This document shows, piece after piece, positions 18,991-28,818 of a stretch of DNA of 64,000 bases. Source of the stretch: Candidatus Latescibacterota bacterium (GTDB lineage: Bacteria; Latescibacterota; UBA2968; SICM01); assembly GCA_965217865.1 (NCBI GenBank), contig CBDCJO010000002.1:4128001-4192000 (forward strand). The letters are read 5' to 3'. How positions within the stretch are numbered: the first letter of the stretch is position 1; each line of letters starts with the position of its first letter. The translations under genes were made by a program, and so were the position numbers. The notes under the pieces are model-generated. The model saw only the letters and a list, made by a program, of their open reading frames with translations. It was not told the origin of the DNA and made no database searches.

Positions 18991-19968
18991 GTGCCCGCGT
19001 CCGACGTTGGTTCAGGTGAAATCTGGCTCCACCGGTTCGCAGTGTTGACTGCGGGTTCCACCTTCCTCCTGATCGTCGCAGGAGGGCTGGTGACGAGTAC
19101 AGGTTCGGGCCTTGCGGTTCCTGATTGGCCCCTTTCTTATGGAACCCTCTTTCCGCCCATGGTGGGCGGCATCGTTTACGAACACACGCACCGCGTTGTC
19201 GCCGCGTTCGTCGGCCTTCTGACGGCCGTTCTCGCGGCCTGGCTCTGGAAGTGTGAGCCGCGTCGCTGGGTCCGGAATCTCGGATTTGTGACCCTGGCCG
19301 CGGTGGTGCTTCAGGGAATCATGGGCGGACTGACCGTCCTGTATCTGCTTCCGACGCCGATCTCGGTTATCCACGCATGCCTGGCACAGACTTTTTTCTG
19401 TCTCACTGTGGGCATTGCGCTCTTCACTTCGGGGGGGTGGAAGAGACGGACTTTGCCTCTGGACGACGCGGGACGACTTCCACTAAGAGTTCTCTGCATT
19501 GTAACGGCGGCGGTGATATACCTGCAACTGGTCCTGGGCGCGGTCGTCAGGCACACGGAGTCCGGGCTGGTCATCCCTGATTTCCCCCTGTCCTTCGGAC
19601 ACCTCTTCCCGCCCCTGTCCTCCTTATCCGCGAATCCCGCAGCCCCCTTTCCGATATCCCTCGAGGAATATCGGAGCAGGGTGACCATCCACTTTGCCCA
19701 TCGGGCGTGGGCCGTTGCGGTAGTGATCTTTATCTTCTGGACAGCAGGTCTGATTCTCCGCCGATACCGGGATCGGAAGGAACTGGTTTATCCCGCGTTC
19801 CTTATGACAGGGCTTGTCTTCATCCAGTTTTGGCTGGGCGCGATGGTCGTCTGGCAACAGAAGCCGGTTCCGCTTACGACGGCTCACGTGGCTGTGGGGG
19901 CTTCTATTCTGGCAGCGAGCGTAGCTCTGACTCTCCGGGTTTTTCGGGTGACGTCGGTAAGGAAATGA
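18991..19968 (+). CDS. ctaA: Heme A synthase (COX15/CtaA)
   Basis: GGLVTSTGSGLAVPDWP, EHTHR, IHACLA, HFAHR, TAHV. Confidence 0.9.
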   Translation: MPASDVGSGEIWLHRFAVLTAGSTFLLIVAGGLVTSTGSGLAVPDWPLSYGTLFPPMVGGIVYEHTHRVVAAFVGLLTAVLAAWLWKCEPRRWVRNLGFVTLAAVVLQGIMGGLTVLYLLPTPISVIHACLAQTFFCLTVGIALFTSGGWKRRTLPLDDAGRLPLRVLCIVTAAVIYLQLVLGAVVRHTESGLVIPDFPLSFGHLFPPLSSLSANPAAPFPISLEEYRSRVTIHFAHRAWAVAVVIFIFWTAGLILRRYRDRKELVYPAFLMTGLVFIQFWLGAMVVWQQKPVPLTTAHVAVGASILAASVALTLRVFRVTSVRK

Positions 19969-20011
19969 AAAATGCAAAGTGCAAAATGGAAATTAAGGAG
20001 CAATCCCTGGC

Positions 20012-20917
20012 ATGAAATCACACGCAGATGCGATTGAGGCGGGTTTTCCGCTTACCTGGACGCGGGTTGCCGATTACGCGGCCTTGACGAAACCGCGCAT
20101 CGCAGGATTCGTATTGGTGAGCACGATGGTGGGTTTTATCATGGGATCGAGCGGGCACCTGGATCTGGAGTTGCTGCTCCACACCTTGATCGGGACGGCC
20201 ATGGTGGCGGGGGGGAGTGCGGCGCTGAATCAGTACCTGGAACGGGACCTGGATGCCAGGATGAAGCGGACATCGGAGCGGCCACTGCCTTCAGGTCGGC
20301 TTCATCCCGAGGAGGTCCACTGTTTCAGCACGCTCCTCTTGGCCTCCGGTCTCTTCTACCTCTGGCTTTCGGTCAACTTTGGAACCGGTCTGGTTGCAGC
20401 CTTAACGTCGTCGATCTACCTCTTTCTGTATACGCCGTTGAAGCGCAAGACAACTCTCAACACGGTCGTCGGCGCGGTTGCCGGGGCCCTGCCCCCCGTC
20501 GGGGGATGGGTTGCCGCTGCCGGAAGTCTCTCCCTTGCATCCTGGGCGCTTTTTGCGATCGTGTTTATCTGGCAATTTCCGCATTTCTTCGCGATCGCCT
20601 GGCTCTACCGGGAAGACTATGCTCGGGGCGGCTACCGGATGATCACGGCTGCCGATCCGGACGGGAGGAGAACCCGGAGACAGATTTTGGCCTACAGTCT
20701 TGTCCTCCTCCCTTGCAGCTTGATCCCAGCGCTCCTGGGCATGAGCGGGTTGCCGTATGGATTTGGCTCAGCCGTACTCAGCCTTGCCTTCCTGGTATTC
20801 GTCCTCCGTTTCTGTTTGTCGGGATCCAACGAACGTTCAAGGCTCCTGATGCTGGCCTCCCTCGTCTACTTGCCCATGCTGTGGACGGTCATGATATTCG
20901 ACCGGATTCTGTTGTAG
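20012..20917 (+). CDS. ctaB: Protoheme IX farnesyltransferase
   Basis: LTKPRI, NQYLERDLDARMKRT-ERPLPSG, YTPLKR, WQFPHF. Confidence 0.93.
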   Translation: MKSHADAIEAGFPLTWTRVADYAALTKPRIAGFVLVSTMVGFIMGSSGHLDLELLLHTLIGTAMVAGGSAALNQYLERDLDARMKRTSERPLPSGRLHPEEVHCFSTLLLASGLFYLWLSVNFGTGLVAALTSSIYLFLYTPLKRKTTLNTVVGAVAGALPPVGGWVAAAGSLSLASWALFAIVFIWQFPHFFAIAWLYREDYARGGYRMITAADPDGRRTRRQILAYSLVLLPCSLIPALLGMSGLPYGFGSAVLSLAFLVFVLRFCLSGSNERSRLLMLASLVYLPMLWTVMIFDRILL

Positions 20918-20918
20918 C

Positions 20919-21959
20919 GTGACACCTGCCATCCAAGCCAAGGGGCTATCCTACGCATACGGGGAACGGACCGCGCTCTCGGGGATCAACCTTCGGGTAA
21001 GCCCGGGAGAGATCTTCGGTCTGCTGGGGCCCAATGGCGGGGGCAAGACGACCCTCTTTAAGATCCTCGCGACACTGCTCTCCCCTTCCCAGGGATCTGT
21101 GAACGTCTTTGGAATGGATGTGGTCCGGGATGCCGATGCAATCAGAAGACGTATCGGTGTGGTTTTTCAGGACCCGGCACTGGATCCCCATTTGACGGTT
21201 TCGGAGAACCTTCACCACCAGGGACATCTTTACGGGATGCGTGGAAAGGGCCTGAAGAAGCGTATTGAGGCCGTGGTCGCCCGGCTGGGCTTATCCCCGC
21301 ACAAGGGTGATCTCGTCTCCCGGCTTTCGGGTGGGATGCGCAGAAGGGCGGATCTCGCCCGGGGTCTGCTTCACGAGCCTGAACTGCTGATCCTGGATGA
21401 ACCGTCGACAGGCCTGGATCCGTCCGCGAGAAAGGAATTTCGAGAGGACCTTGGCTTACTCAGGGAGCGAGAAGGGGTCACCGTTCTGCTGACCACCCAT
21501 CTTCTGGATGAGGCCGATGGCTGCGATCGAATCGGAATTCTGGACCGGGGCAAGCTGGTCGCTCTCGACAAACCCGAGATCCTTAAACGATCGGTCGGAG
21601 AAGAGGTGGTGAGCCTGCGGGTCAGATCGCCCGAGATTTTTCAGAAGGCGGTTCAGGAACGCTTGGGTCTTGAGACGATTGTGGTCGACGCAACGGTCCG
21701 TGTGGAGTGTCACGACGGACAAAAGGTAATGATAGAGTTGCTCAGAGCGTTTGACAATGAGATCGATTCGGTGACACTCGGCAAACCGAACCTCGAGGAT
21801 GTGTTTATCCATAAGACGGGTACTGCCTGGAGGTCGGAGGTCGGAGGCCAGGGAAAAGCAGAAGCAGTAGCAGTGGCAGCGGCAGGAAGAGCAAAAGCAG
21901 TGGCAGTAGCAAAGGAAAGGCAAAAGCAGGGTCAGAGGTCGGAGGTGAGGGGAAATTGA
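20919..21959 (+). CDS. ABC transporter ATP-binding protein
   Basis: GPNGGGKT, LSGGM, ILDEP, TTH. The C-terminus is encoded by a short-repeat tract. Confidence 0.92.
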   Translation: MTPAIQAKGLSYAYGERTALSGINLRVSPGEIFGLLGPNGGGKTTLFKILATLLSPSQGSVNVFGMDVVRDADAIRRRIGVVFQDPALDPHLTVSENLHHQGHLYGMRGKGLKKRIEAVVARLGLSPHKGDLVSRLSGGMRRRADLARGLLHEPELLILDEPSTGLDPSARKEFREDLGLLREREGVTVLLTTHLLDEADGCDRIGILDRGKLVALDKPEILKRSVGEEVVSLRVRSPEIFQKAVQERLGLETIVVDATVRVECHDGQKVMIELLRAFDNEIDSVTLGKPNLEDVFIHKTGTAWRSEVGGQGKAEAVAVAAAGRAKAVAVAKERQKQGQRSEVRGN

Positions 21960-21984
21960 AAATTGAAACGAGAGCGAGGCGGAT

Positions 21985-22761
21985 GTGGTTCTGGCTGTCT
22001 GGACGCTGTGGCTCCGTGAGATGGTCCGATTCTTTCGGGATCGACATCGGATGATCGGGGCTTTCGGCCAGCCCTTTATCATCTGGTTGTTGGTCGGTTC
22101 GGGGTTCGGCGAGTCTTTTCGTCCCCCTTCAGCATCCGTGTCCGGCAGCTACCTGGAGTACCTGTATCCGGGTACGCTGATGCTTGTCCTGCTTTTCACG
22201 GCTATCTTTTCTACGATTTCGATCGTCGAGGACAGACGCGAGGGGTTCTTGCAGGCGGTTTTGGTTTCCCCCATCTCAAGATCGAGTCTCGTGCTGGGGA
22301 AAATCCTGGGGGGGACAACGATGGCGCTTCTGCAGGGGGTTATCTTTCTTGTCCTGGCGGTCGTGATGGGTATGCCTTTCCGACCGACCGGGGCGGGCAT
22401 CGCCCTCGGACCCATCTTTCTGGTGGCCTTCGGGATGACGGGGCTGGGATTCAGCATTGCCTGGCGGATGCGATCGACCGCAGGCTTCCATGCCATTATG
22501 AACGTGTTTCTGATGCCGTTATGGCTCCTTTCAGGGGCCTTCTTTCCCAGGTCCGGAACCCCGGGCTGGTTGGGTCTGGTGATGGACTTTAATCCGCTGA
22601 CTTACGGGATGTCCTCACTGCGATACGCTCTTTACATCGAACATCCCTTCGCCCAAGAAGGATTGCCGCCGCTCCAGCTGTCCCTGGCCGTGACAGCCCT
22701 TTTCGGGGTCCTCATGTTTATCGTTTCAACCCTTTCGGTCAGGCGAGCCCCCTCAGGGTGA
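21985..22761 (+). CDS. ABC-2 type permease
   Basis: EDRREGFLQAVLVSP, LSGAFFP, NPLTY. Confidence 0.9.
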   Translation: MVLAVWTLWLREMVRFFRDRHRMIGAFGQPFIIWLLVGSGFGESFRPPSASVSGSYLEYLYPGTLMLVLLFTAIFSTISIVEDRREGFLQAVLVSPISRSSLVLGKILGGTTMALLQGVIFLVLAVVMGMPFRPTGAGIALGPIFLVAFGMTGLGFSIAWRMRSTAGFHAIMNVFLMPLWLLSGAFFPRSGTPGWLGLVMDFNPLTYGMSSLRYALYIEHPFAQEGLPPLQLSLAVTALFGVLMFIVSTLSVRRAPSG

Positions 22762-22788
22762 GGAGTTTGGATTCTGATACCGGTCTCC

Positions 22789-23190
22789 GTGTTACCGACA
22801 ATAAACGCGTTCCTGAACGGGATCAGCGCGAGTCTTCTTGCCGCGGGTTACCTGTGCATCCGAAAAGGGAGGGTGGGGGCCCATCGGGCGTTTATGGTCG
22901 CCGCCTTTGCGGTCTCGACCCTTTTTCTGTGTTCTTATGTTTATTACCACGTGAAGGCGGGTTCGATCCCATTCTCCGGCCAGGGCTGGATCCGGCCCGT
23001 CTATTTCACGATTCTGATATCGCATATTCTGCTGGCTTTCCTCCTGCTCCCCCTGGCGCTGACGACCCTGTTCCGGGCTTTCCGATCTGAGTTCGATCGC
23101 CACCGGAAGATTGCGCGATGGACCTTTCCGGTTTGGATGTATATCTCGTTGACCGGTGTGACGATTTACTGGATGCTCTATCGGATGTGA
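22789..23190 (+). CDS. DUF420 membrane protein (oxidase-cluster associated)
   Basis: LPTINAFLN, HRAFM, LISHI, HRKIARWTFPVWMYISLTG. Confidence 0.88.
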   Translation: MLPTINAFLNGISASLLAAGYLCIRKGRVGAHRAFMVAAFAVSTLFLCSYVYYHVKAGSIPFSGQGWIRPVYFTILISHILLAFLLLPLALTTLFRAFRSEFDRHRKIARWTFPVWMYISLTGVTIYWMLYRM

Positions 23191-23209
23191 GGGGGAAGCG
23201 GCTTATCGG

Positions 23210-23238
23210 TTGACATCGCGGGTCAAAGATGATATATT
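23210..23238 (+). promoter_or_regulatory. sigma70-type promoter upstream of nuoL
   Basis: TTGACA-N17-TATATT. Confidence 0.65.
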
Positions 23239-23343
23239 CCGCCCGTTTAAAAGCAGGGGCCGGAGGTCAGAGGTAAGGAGTAAGAAAAGCCGTGAAACGT
23301 CAAACGTGAAACGGGAAAAGCAGGATTGGAAGAGATGCTTTCG

Positions 23344-23386
23344 CATCCTTCGACTGCGGTCCGCAAGCGAACCTCCGCTCAGGATG
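23344..23386 (+). repeat. REP-like palindrome
   Basis: CATCCTTCGACT...CCGCTCAGGATG. Confidence 0.65.
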
Positions 23387-23436
23387 TTTTGATCAGTCAT
23401 TCCCTGTAAGCCGATGTAATCAGGAAAAAGGCCTTT

Positions 23437-25509
23437 ATGATCTCCTGTTCGATTGCGATCCTGTTCCTTCCACTGCTTGCTTTCATCGTGCAGATCTTCT
23501 TCGGCAAACGGATTCCGCGCGGAGGGGATTGGGTCTCGACGGGTGCGATATTTCTCGCGTTGCTTCTCTCCCTGATCGTCCTGTTCAACGCAATCGGTGA
23601 ACGAAACCCGGACTATTTCGAGCGGGTGACGTGGACCTGGATGGACTTCGGTACCTCGAAACTCTCTCTCGGAATCCAGCTCGACAATATCGCTGCGATC
23701 ATGCTGGTCGTGGTGACCCTGGTCAGCGCCCTTGTGCATCTCTATTCGATCGGTTACATGCACAACGACCCGCTGTACCACCAGTTCTTCGCCTTCCTCT
23801 CTCTCTTCTCCTTCTCCATGCTCGGCCTTGTGCTGAGCGATAACTTCCTGAGTCTCTATATCTTCTGGGAATTGGTGGGCATTAGCTCCTATTTGCTGAT
23901 CGGGTTCTGGTTCGAGAAGCCTTCGGCGGCCGATGCGTGCAAGAAGGCGTTCATCGTCAACCGGATTGGGGACTTCGGGATGTTTTCGGGGATCCTGCTG
24001 ATCGTCTGGCAGGTCGGTCCCCTGGGTTATCAGGAAGTTTTCCAGGCGGTGGGCGACGGGGGGTTCGGAGGCGGGCTCCTGACGCTTACGGGCATCTGCC
24101 TTTTCGCAGGGGCCGTTGGAAAGTCCGCACAGTTTCCGCTTCACGTCTGGCTGCCGGATGCCATGGAGGGCCCCACACCCGTGAGCGCGCTGATTCACGC
24201 GGCGACGATGGTGGCCGCGGGGGTCTACATGGTGACCCGGATGTTCCCGATCCTGACACCCGACGCCCTTCTCCTGATCGCTTATGTGGGTTCGATCACC
24301 GCACTCCTGGGTGCGACCATCGCGATCGCGCAGAACGATATCAAACGGGTCCTCGCTTATTCGACCGTCAGCCAACTCGGCTATATGATGATGGGGCTGG
24401 GGGTGGGGGCCTATGTGGCCGGGTTTTTCCACCTGATGACCCACGCCGCATTCAAGGCCTGCCTGTTTTTAGGGTCCGGAAGCGTGATCCACGCGATGCA
24501 CGATGTGGTTCACGGCTCGGACCGGGATCCCCAGGACCTCCGGAATATGGGCGACCTCAAGACCTACATGCCCACGACCTACCGGACTTTTCTGATCGCA
24601 ACGATCGCCCTTTCCGGCGTGCCGCTCACGTCCGGGTTTCTGAGCAAGGACTCGATCCTGGCCGGGACGCTTGGATTTTCACTGGCGAATCCGGCCCATT
24701 TCCTGATCCCGCTGATCGGGTTCGGGGCAGCAGGGCTCACCGCCTTCTATATGTTCCGGCTTGTGTTCCTGACATTTCACGGCGAAGCACGATGGAAGGG
24801 ATCTGGGAGCGGTCACGCTGAGCCGCACGAATCGCCGAAGGTGATGACGATCCCGCTGATTGTGCTGGCCGCCTTGAGCCTCTGGTTCTGGTACAGCCCG
24901 AATCCCCTCTCACCGACCGGCTGGTTCCACGACATAGTCGTGCAGCCGGTGAGCCTAGCGACCGGCGTACACGAGTCGCAGGGCGGGATGGCGGAGACCG
25001 ATGTACCCCCTGGTCCTGTCCTTGCCGAGCACGGTGACGAAGGAGCGTCTCACGTCGCTGCGATGGCCCTGTCAATCCTCGTCGCGGGCACGGGCATCTT
25101 CATTGCATACAAGCTGTATTTCCTCCAGGGGAAGAGGTCGCTGGAGAAAGAGGCGCGCGCTCGAGAGAAGAACGGGCTCTACAAAGCGGTACTGAACAAG
25201 TGGTATTTCGATGAATTTTACAGCGCTTCATTCGTCCGGGGTACGCTGGCTTTGAGGCGGGCGCTTGGGTGGTTCGATCAGCATATCATCGACGGGATCG
25301 TAGATTTTACCGGGACCTTGACCATAATGGTGGCGAAGGTGGAGGGGCTGTTCGACAACTGGGTGGTGGACGGCCTTGTCAACCTTACGGGTGCGCTCGT
25401 CCGGCGGCTGGGCGACGGGCTGCGGCGCGTGCAGACCGGGCGGATCCAGAGCTATTTGATCATGGCGATGGCCGGAATCGTGCTGATGATGATTCTGAGA
25501 ATTATGTAG
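23437..25509 (+). CDS. nuoL: NADH-quinone oxidoreductase subunit L
   Basis: GKSAQFPLHVWLPDAMEGPTPVSALIHAATMV, THAAFKA, SKDSIL, QTGRIQSY. Confidence 0.95.
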   Translation: MISCSIAILFLPLLAFIVQIFFGKRIPRGGDWVSTGAIFLALLLSLIVLFNAIGERNPDYFERVTWTWMDFGTSKLSLGIQLDNIAAIMLVVVTLVSALVHLYSIGYMHNDPLYHQFFAFLSLFSFSMLGLVLSDNFLSLYIFWELVGISSYLLIGFWFEKPSAADACKKAFIVNRIGDFGMFSGILLIVWQVGPLGYQEVFQAVGDGGFGGGLLTLTGICLFAGAVGKSAQFPLHVWLPDAMEGPTPVSALIHAATMVAAGVYMVTRMFPILTPDALLLIAYVGSITALLGATIAIAQNDIKRVLAYSTVSQLGYMMMGLGVGAYVAGFFHLMTHAAFKACLFLGSGSVIHAMHDVVHGSDRDPQDLRNMGDLKTYMPTTYRTFLIATIALSGVPLTSGFLSKDSILAGTLGFSLANPAHFLIPLIGFGAAGLTAFYMFRLVFLTFHGEARWKGSGSGHAEPHESPKVMTIPLIVLAALSLWFWYSPNPLSPTGWFHDIVVQPVSLATGVHESQGGMAETDVPPGPVLAEHGDEGASHVAAMALSILVAGTGIFIAYKLYFLQGKRSLEKEARAREKNGLYKAVLNKWYFDEFYSASFVRGTLALRRALGWFDQHIIDGIVDFTGTLTIMVAKVEGLFDNWVVDGLVNLTGALVRRLGDGLRRVQTGRIQSYLIMAMAGIVLMMILRIM

Positions 25510-25694
25510 GGGTCGGACCTAAGCCCCCTGCGCCCCCTTCCCTAATTGACATATTTGGTTTGAACTGTCTCATAGACGAATTGCGGCTGAGCAAAGCGAA
25601 GGCCGCGATTGTTAAATTGTCTTTAATGAATTTGTCGGTCTTTCACATAAAGTTGGCTGATCGCTGACCGCTTAAATCCGGGAGGTCTTCTTTC

Positions 25695-27179
25695 ATGGGT
25701 CCCCTAACCCTGATCACGTTTATTCCGCTGTTGGCAGCGATCGTCATCCTCTTTATCCCGAAGGAGCGGGAGACGGCTGTCAAGGTCGTGGCCCTGATCG
25801 CGACGGCGATCTGCCTGCTGATCACGGTCGAGATCTATATGGGGTTTGACAACAGCAAACCCGGCGCGCCCGACCCGGAAGGGATGCAGTTCGTGGAGGG
25901 GCCCTACCCCTGGATCCCGTCGTTCAACATCACCTACTACATGGGAGTCGACGGGCTGAGCGCCCCGATGGTGATGCTGACCACCCTGCTCTCCTTCATC
26001 TGCATCGTGGCATCCTGGAACATCAAGCAGAGCGTTCGGGGGTATTTCTCCCTCTTCCTCCTGCTGGACGCGGGGATGGTCGGGGTGTTCTGTTCCCTGG
26101 ACTTCTTCCTGTTCTACATCTTCTGGGAGGTCATGCTGCTTCCGATGTATTTCCTTATCGGGATCTGGGGGAGTTCGGAGGACCGGCGGGAGTACTCCGC
26201 GATCAAGTTCTTCCTCTACACCCTACTCGGGAGCGTCCTGCTATTGCTGGCGATGCTGGCCCTATACAATAAGACCGGCACGTTCAACATGCTGACGATC
26301 ATGCAACAGTCGGAGACCTTCGGACACAATTTCCAGTTCTACATCTACATGGCGATGTTCATCGGGTTCGCGATCAAGGTTCCCATATTCCCGTTTCACA
26401 CCTGGCTCCCGGACGCCCACGTGGCCGCCCCGACGGCGGTCAGCGTCATCCTGGCAGGCGTCCTGTTGAAGATGGGGACCTACGGCATCTTCCGGTTCAA
26501 CTATCCCATGCTTCCGTGGGCATCGCAGTACTTCGCGTGGATGCTGGCAATTCTGGGGGCGATCAACATCATCTACGGGGCGTTGTGCGCCATGGCCCAA
26601 ACGGACCTGAAGAAGCTGGTGGCTTATTCGAGCATCAGCCACATGGGGATCTCGATGCTGGGGATGGCGGCGTTGACCCAGAAGGGGATGGTGGGCGGCC
26701 TGCTGCAGATGTTCAATCACGGAACGATCACGGCGATGATGTTCCTTCTTGTCGGCGTGGTCTACGACCGGGTACATCACCGGCAGATCGATAATTTCGG
26801 CGGCCTGCGGAAAGTGGTCCCGATCTACTCGGGGATCTTCAGCCTGGCGTTTTTCGCAGCCCTGGGCCTGCCGGGTCTGAGCGGATTCATCGGAGAGGCC
26901 CTCTGCTTCCTGGGGGCATTTCCCGTATACCCAATCATCACGATCGTCTCGCTGTCGGGTGTGGTGCTGACGGCGGGCTACGTGCTCTGGATGTTTCAGC
27001 GGGTGATGCTGGGGCCCCTCAACCCCAAGTATGAGAATTTAGCGGAGATCAACGGTCGGGAGATCTTCACGCTGGTGCCTCTCGGGGCCATCGTTGTTCT
27101 GCTCGGCGTCTGGCCCGCGCCCGTGCTGGACATGATGACGAGTTCGATGAAAAACCTTGCCCAGATCTTTGGAAATTAA
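25695..27179 (+). CDS. nuoM: NADH-quinone oxidoreductase subunit M
   Basis: GVDGLS, FWEVMLLPMY, KVPIFPFHTWLPDAH, LKMGTYG, LGLPGLSGFIGE. Confidence 0.95.
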   Translation: MGPLTLITFIPLLAAIVILFIPKERETAVKVVALIATAICLLITVEIYMGFDNSKPGAPDPEGMQFVEGPYPWIPSFNITYYMGVDGLSAPMVMLTTLLSFICIVASWNIKQSVRGYFSLFLLLDAGMVGVFCSLDFFLFYIFWEVMLLPMYFLIGIWGSSEDRREYSAIKFFLYTLLGSVLLLLAMLALYNKTGTFNMLTIMQQSETFGHNFQFYIYMAMFIGFAIKVPIFPFHTWLPDAHVAAPTAVSVILAGVLLKMGTYGIFRFNYPMLPWASQYFAWMLAILGAINIIYGALCAMAQTDLKKLVAYSSISHMGISMLGMAALTQKGMVGGLLQMFNHGTITAMMFLLVGVVYDRVHHRQIDNFGGLRKVVPIYSGIFSLAFFAALGLPGLSGFIGEALCFLGAFPVYPIITIVSLSGVVLTAGYVLWMFQRVMLGPLNPKYENLAEINGREIFTLVPLGAIVVLLGVWPAPVLDMMTSSMKNLAQIFGN

Positions 27180-28670
27180 TTGGAGGAGCTGGAAGTGCCT
27201 CTGAACAATCTCGAAAGTTTGAACTACATCATGCCGGAGATCATTGTGACGATTTCCATCGTGGTGCTGGTGGTCCTGGATCTCGTGGTGGGGGGCGAGA
27301 AAAAGCGCTGGATGACAGGCCTGGTCCTGTTCATTCTTGCAGGAACGCTGTACGCCGTCGCGGATCTGTATGCCGCAGGGGAACGGCCGCTTTTTGGAGG
27401 CATGATTGCGCTTGACGGCTTCTCGCTTTTTTTCAAGATGATCTTCGTCGTTGCGACGATGATCGCGGCGATCTTCACACTGGAATCCTCGGATGTAGCG
27501 TCAAACCGGATCGGGGAGTTCTACGCCCTGATGTTGGCGATGGTTCTGGGCGGGTTCCTGATGTCCTCCGCGACGGATCTCCTGATGATCTACCTCGCCC
27601 TCGAGATGGTGAGCATCCCCTCCTACATCCTGTCGGGGTTTCAAAAAGGGGTCCGAAGATCGAGCGAGGCGGCCGTAAAGTATGTCATATACGGCGGGGT
27701 TTCTTCGGGTGTGATGATTTACGGTTTGTCCCTGCTTTACGGGGTGACGGGGACGACGAATATCTACCGGATGGGGGAGATCCTGGCCACATCTCAACCG
27801 TATCCGTTGACGCTGTTCGTGGGGATCGCGTTCGCGATGGCTGGCTTCGGGTATAAGGTGGCGACGGTCCCGTTTCATTTCTGGTGTCCCGATGTCTACG
27901 AAGGGGCTCCGACGCCCGTGACGGCCTTCCTGTCGATCGCGCCGAAGGCCGCGGGGTTTGCGATGCTGTCACGCTTTTTCTATTCCGGTTTCGCTCACCA
28001 GGAAGGTACGCAGCTGGTGTTCACGGGTGTGGATTGGCCGCTGCTGCTGGGGGTGATCTCCGCGTTCACGATGACACTGGGGAACACCGTTGCGATTTGG
28101 CAGGATAATCTGAAACGGCTTCTGGCCTACTCCAGCATCGCTCACGCGGGTTACATGATGCTGGGGGTGGTCACCCTGTCGGGAGCCGGGCTACGTGCCC
28201 TGATGTTCTATCTGATGGCATACCTGCTGATGAACCTGGGGGCTTTTCTGGTCGTGATCCTGATGGCCCCGAAGTTGAACGGAGAAGACATCCATTCGTA
28301 CCGGGGTCTTGGGAAGCGCTCGCCGTTCGTTGCGGTGGTCCTGACCATATTCCTACTCTCGTTGACGGGGCTGCCCCCTACGGCGGGGTTGATCGGGAAG
28401 GTCTATATTTTTGCCGCGCTGATCGAATACAAATGGTACTTGCTGGCGGTGGTGGGCGTGCTCAACAGCGTAGTGGCCCTTTTCTACTACGCTCGGATCA
28501 TCCGGGCGATGTTCATGGAAGAGCCGGCCACGACCGAAATGATCGTTTTGCCCCGACGCTCTCTGGCGATTCTTACCGCCATCGCCGCACCGACGGTCCT
28601 GTTCGGTCTCTACTGGGTGCCGTTGATAAATCTTGCGGACCGATCGATGCGGATGCTGTCGGGACCGTGA
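27180..28670 (+). CDS. nuoN: NADH-quinone oxidoreductase subunit N
   Basis: KVATVPFHFWCPDVYEGAPTP, KRLLAYSSIAHAGY, GLPPTAGLIGK. Confidence 0.95.
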   Translation: MEELEVPLNNLESLNYIMPEIIVTISIVVLVVLDLVVGGEKKRWMTGLVLFILAGTLYAVADLYAAGERPLFGGMIALDGFSLFFKMIFVVATMIAAIFTLESSDVASNRIGEFYALMLAMVLGGFLMSSATDLLMIYLALEMVSIPSYILSGFQKGVRRSSEAAVKYVIYGGVSSGVMIYGLSLLYGVTGTTNIYRMGEILATSQPYPLTLFVGIAFAMAGFGYKVATVPFHFWCPDVYEGAPTPVTAFLSIAPKAAGFAMLSRFFYSGFAHQEGTQLVFTGVDWPLLLGVISAFTMTLGNTVAIWQDNLKRLLAYSSIAHAGYMMLGVVTLSGAGLRALMFYLMAYLLMNLGAFLVVILMAPKLNGEDIHSYRGLGKRSPFVAVVLTIFLLSLTGLPPTAGLIGKVYIFAALIEYKWYLLAVVGVLNSVVALFYYARIIRAMFMEEPATTEMIVLPRRSLAILTAIAAPTVLFGLYWVPLINLADRSMRMLSGP

Positions 28671-28753
28671 ATGGAAATGTAAAATGTAAAATGCAAAATT
28701 AACGGCAGACCGGAATCGCTAAATATTATTGGTTAAAGGCAAACAACTCCATA

Positions 28754-28779
28754 GGGGCGATTTTAATGTCGCCCTTTTT
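28754..28779 (+). terminator. Intrinsic terminator-like hairpin after nuoN
   Basis: GGGCGA-ttttaatg-TCGCCC followed by TTTTT. Confidence 0.5.
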
Positions 28780-28818
28780 AGCGCATAAGAGAAAAGCAGA
28801 TAAAGGTCCAAGCAAGAT

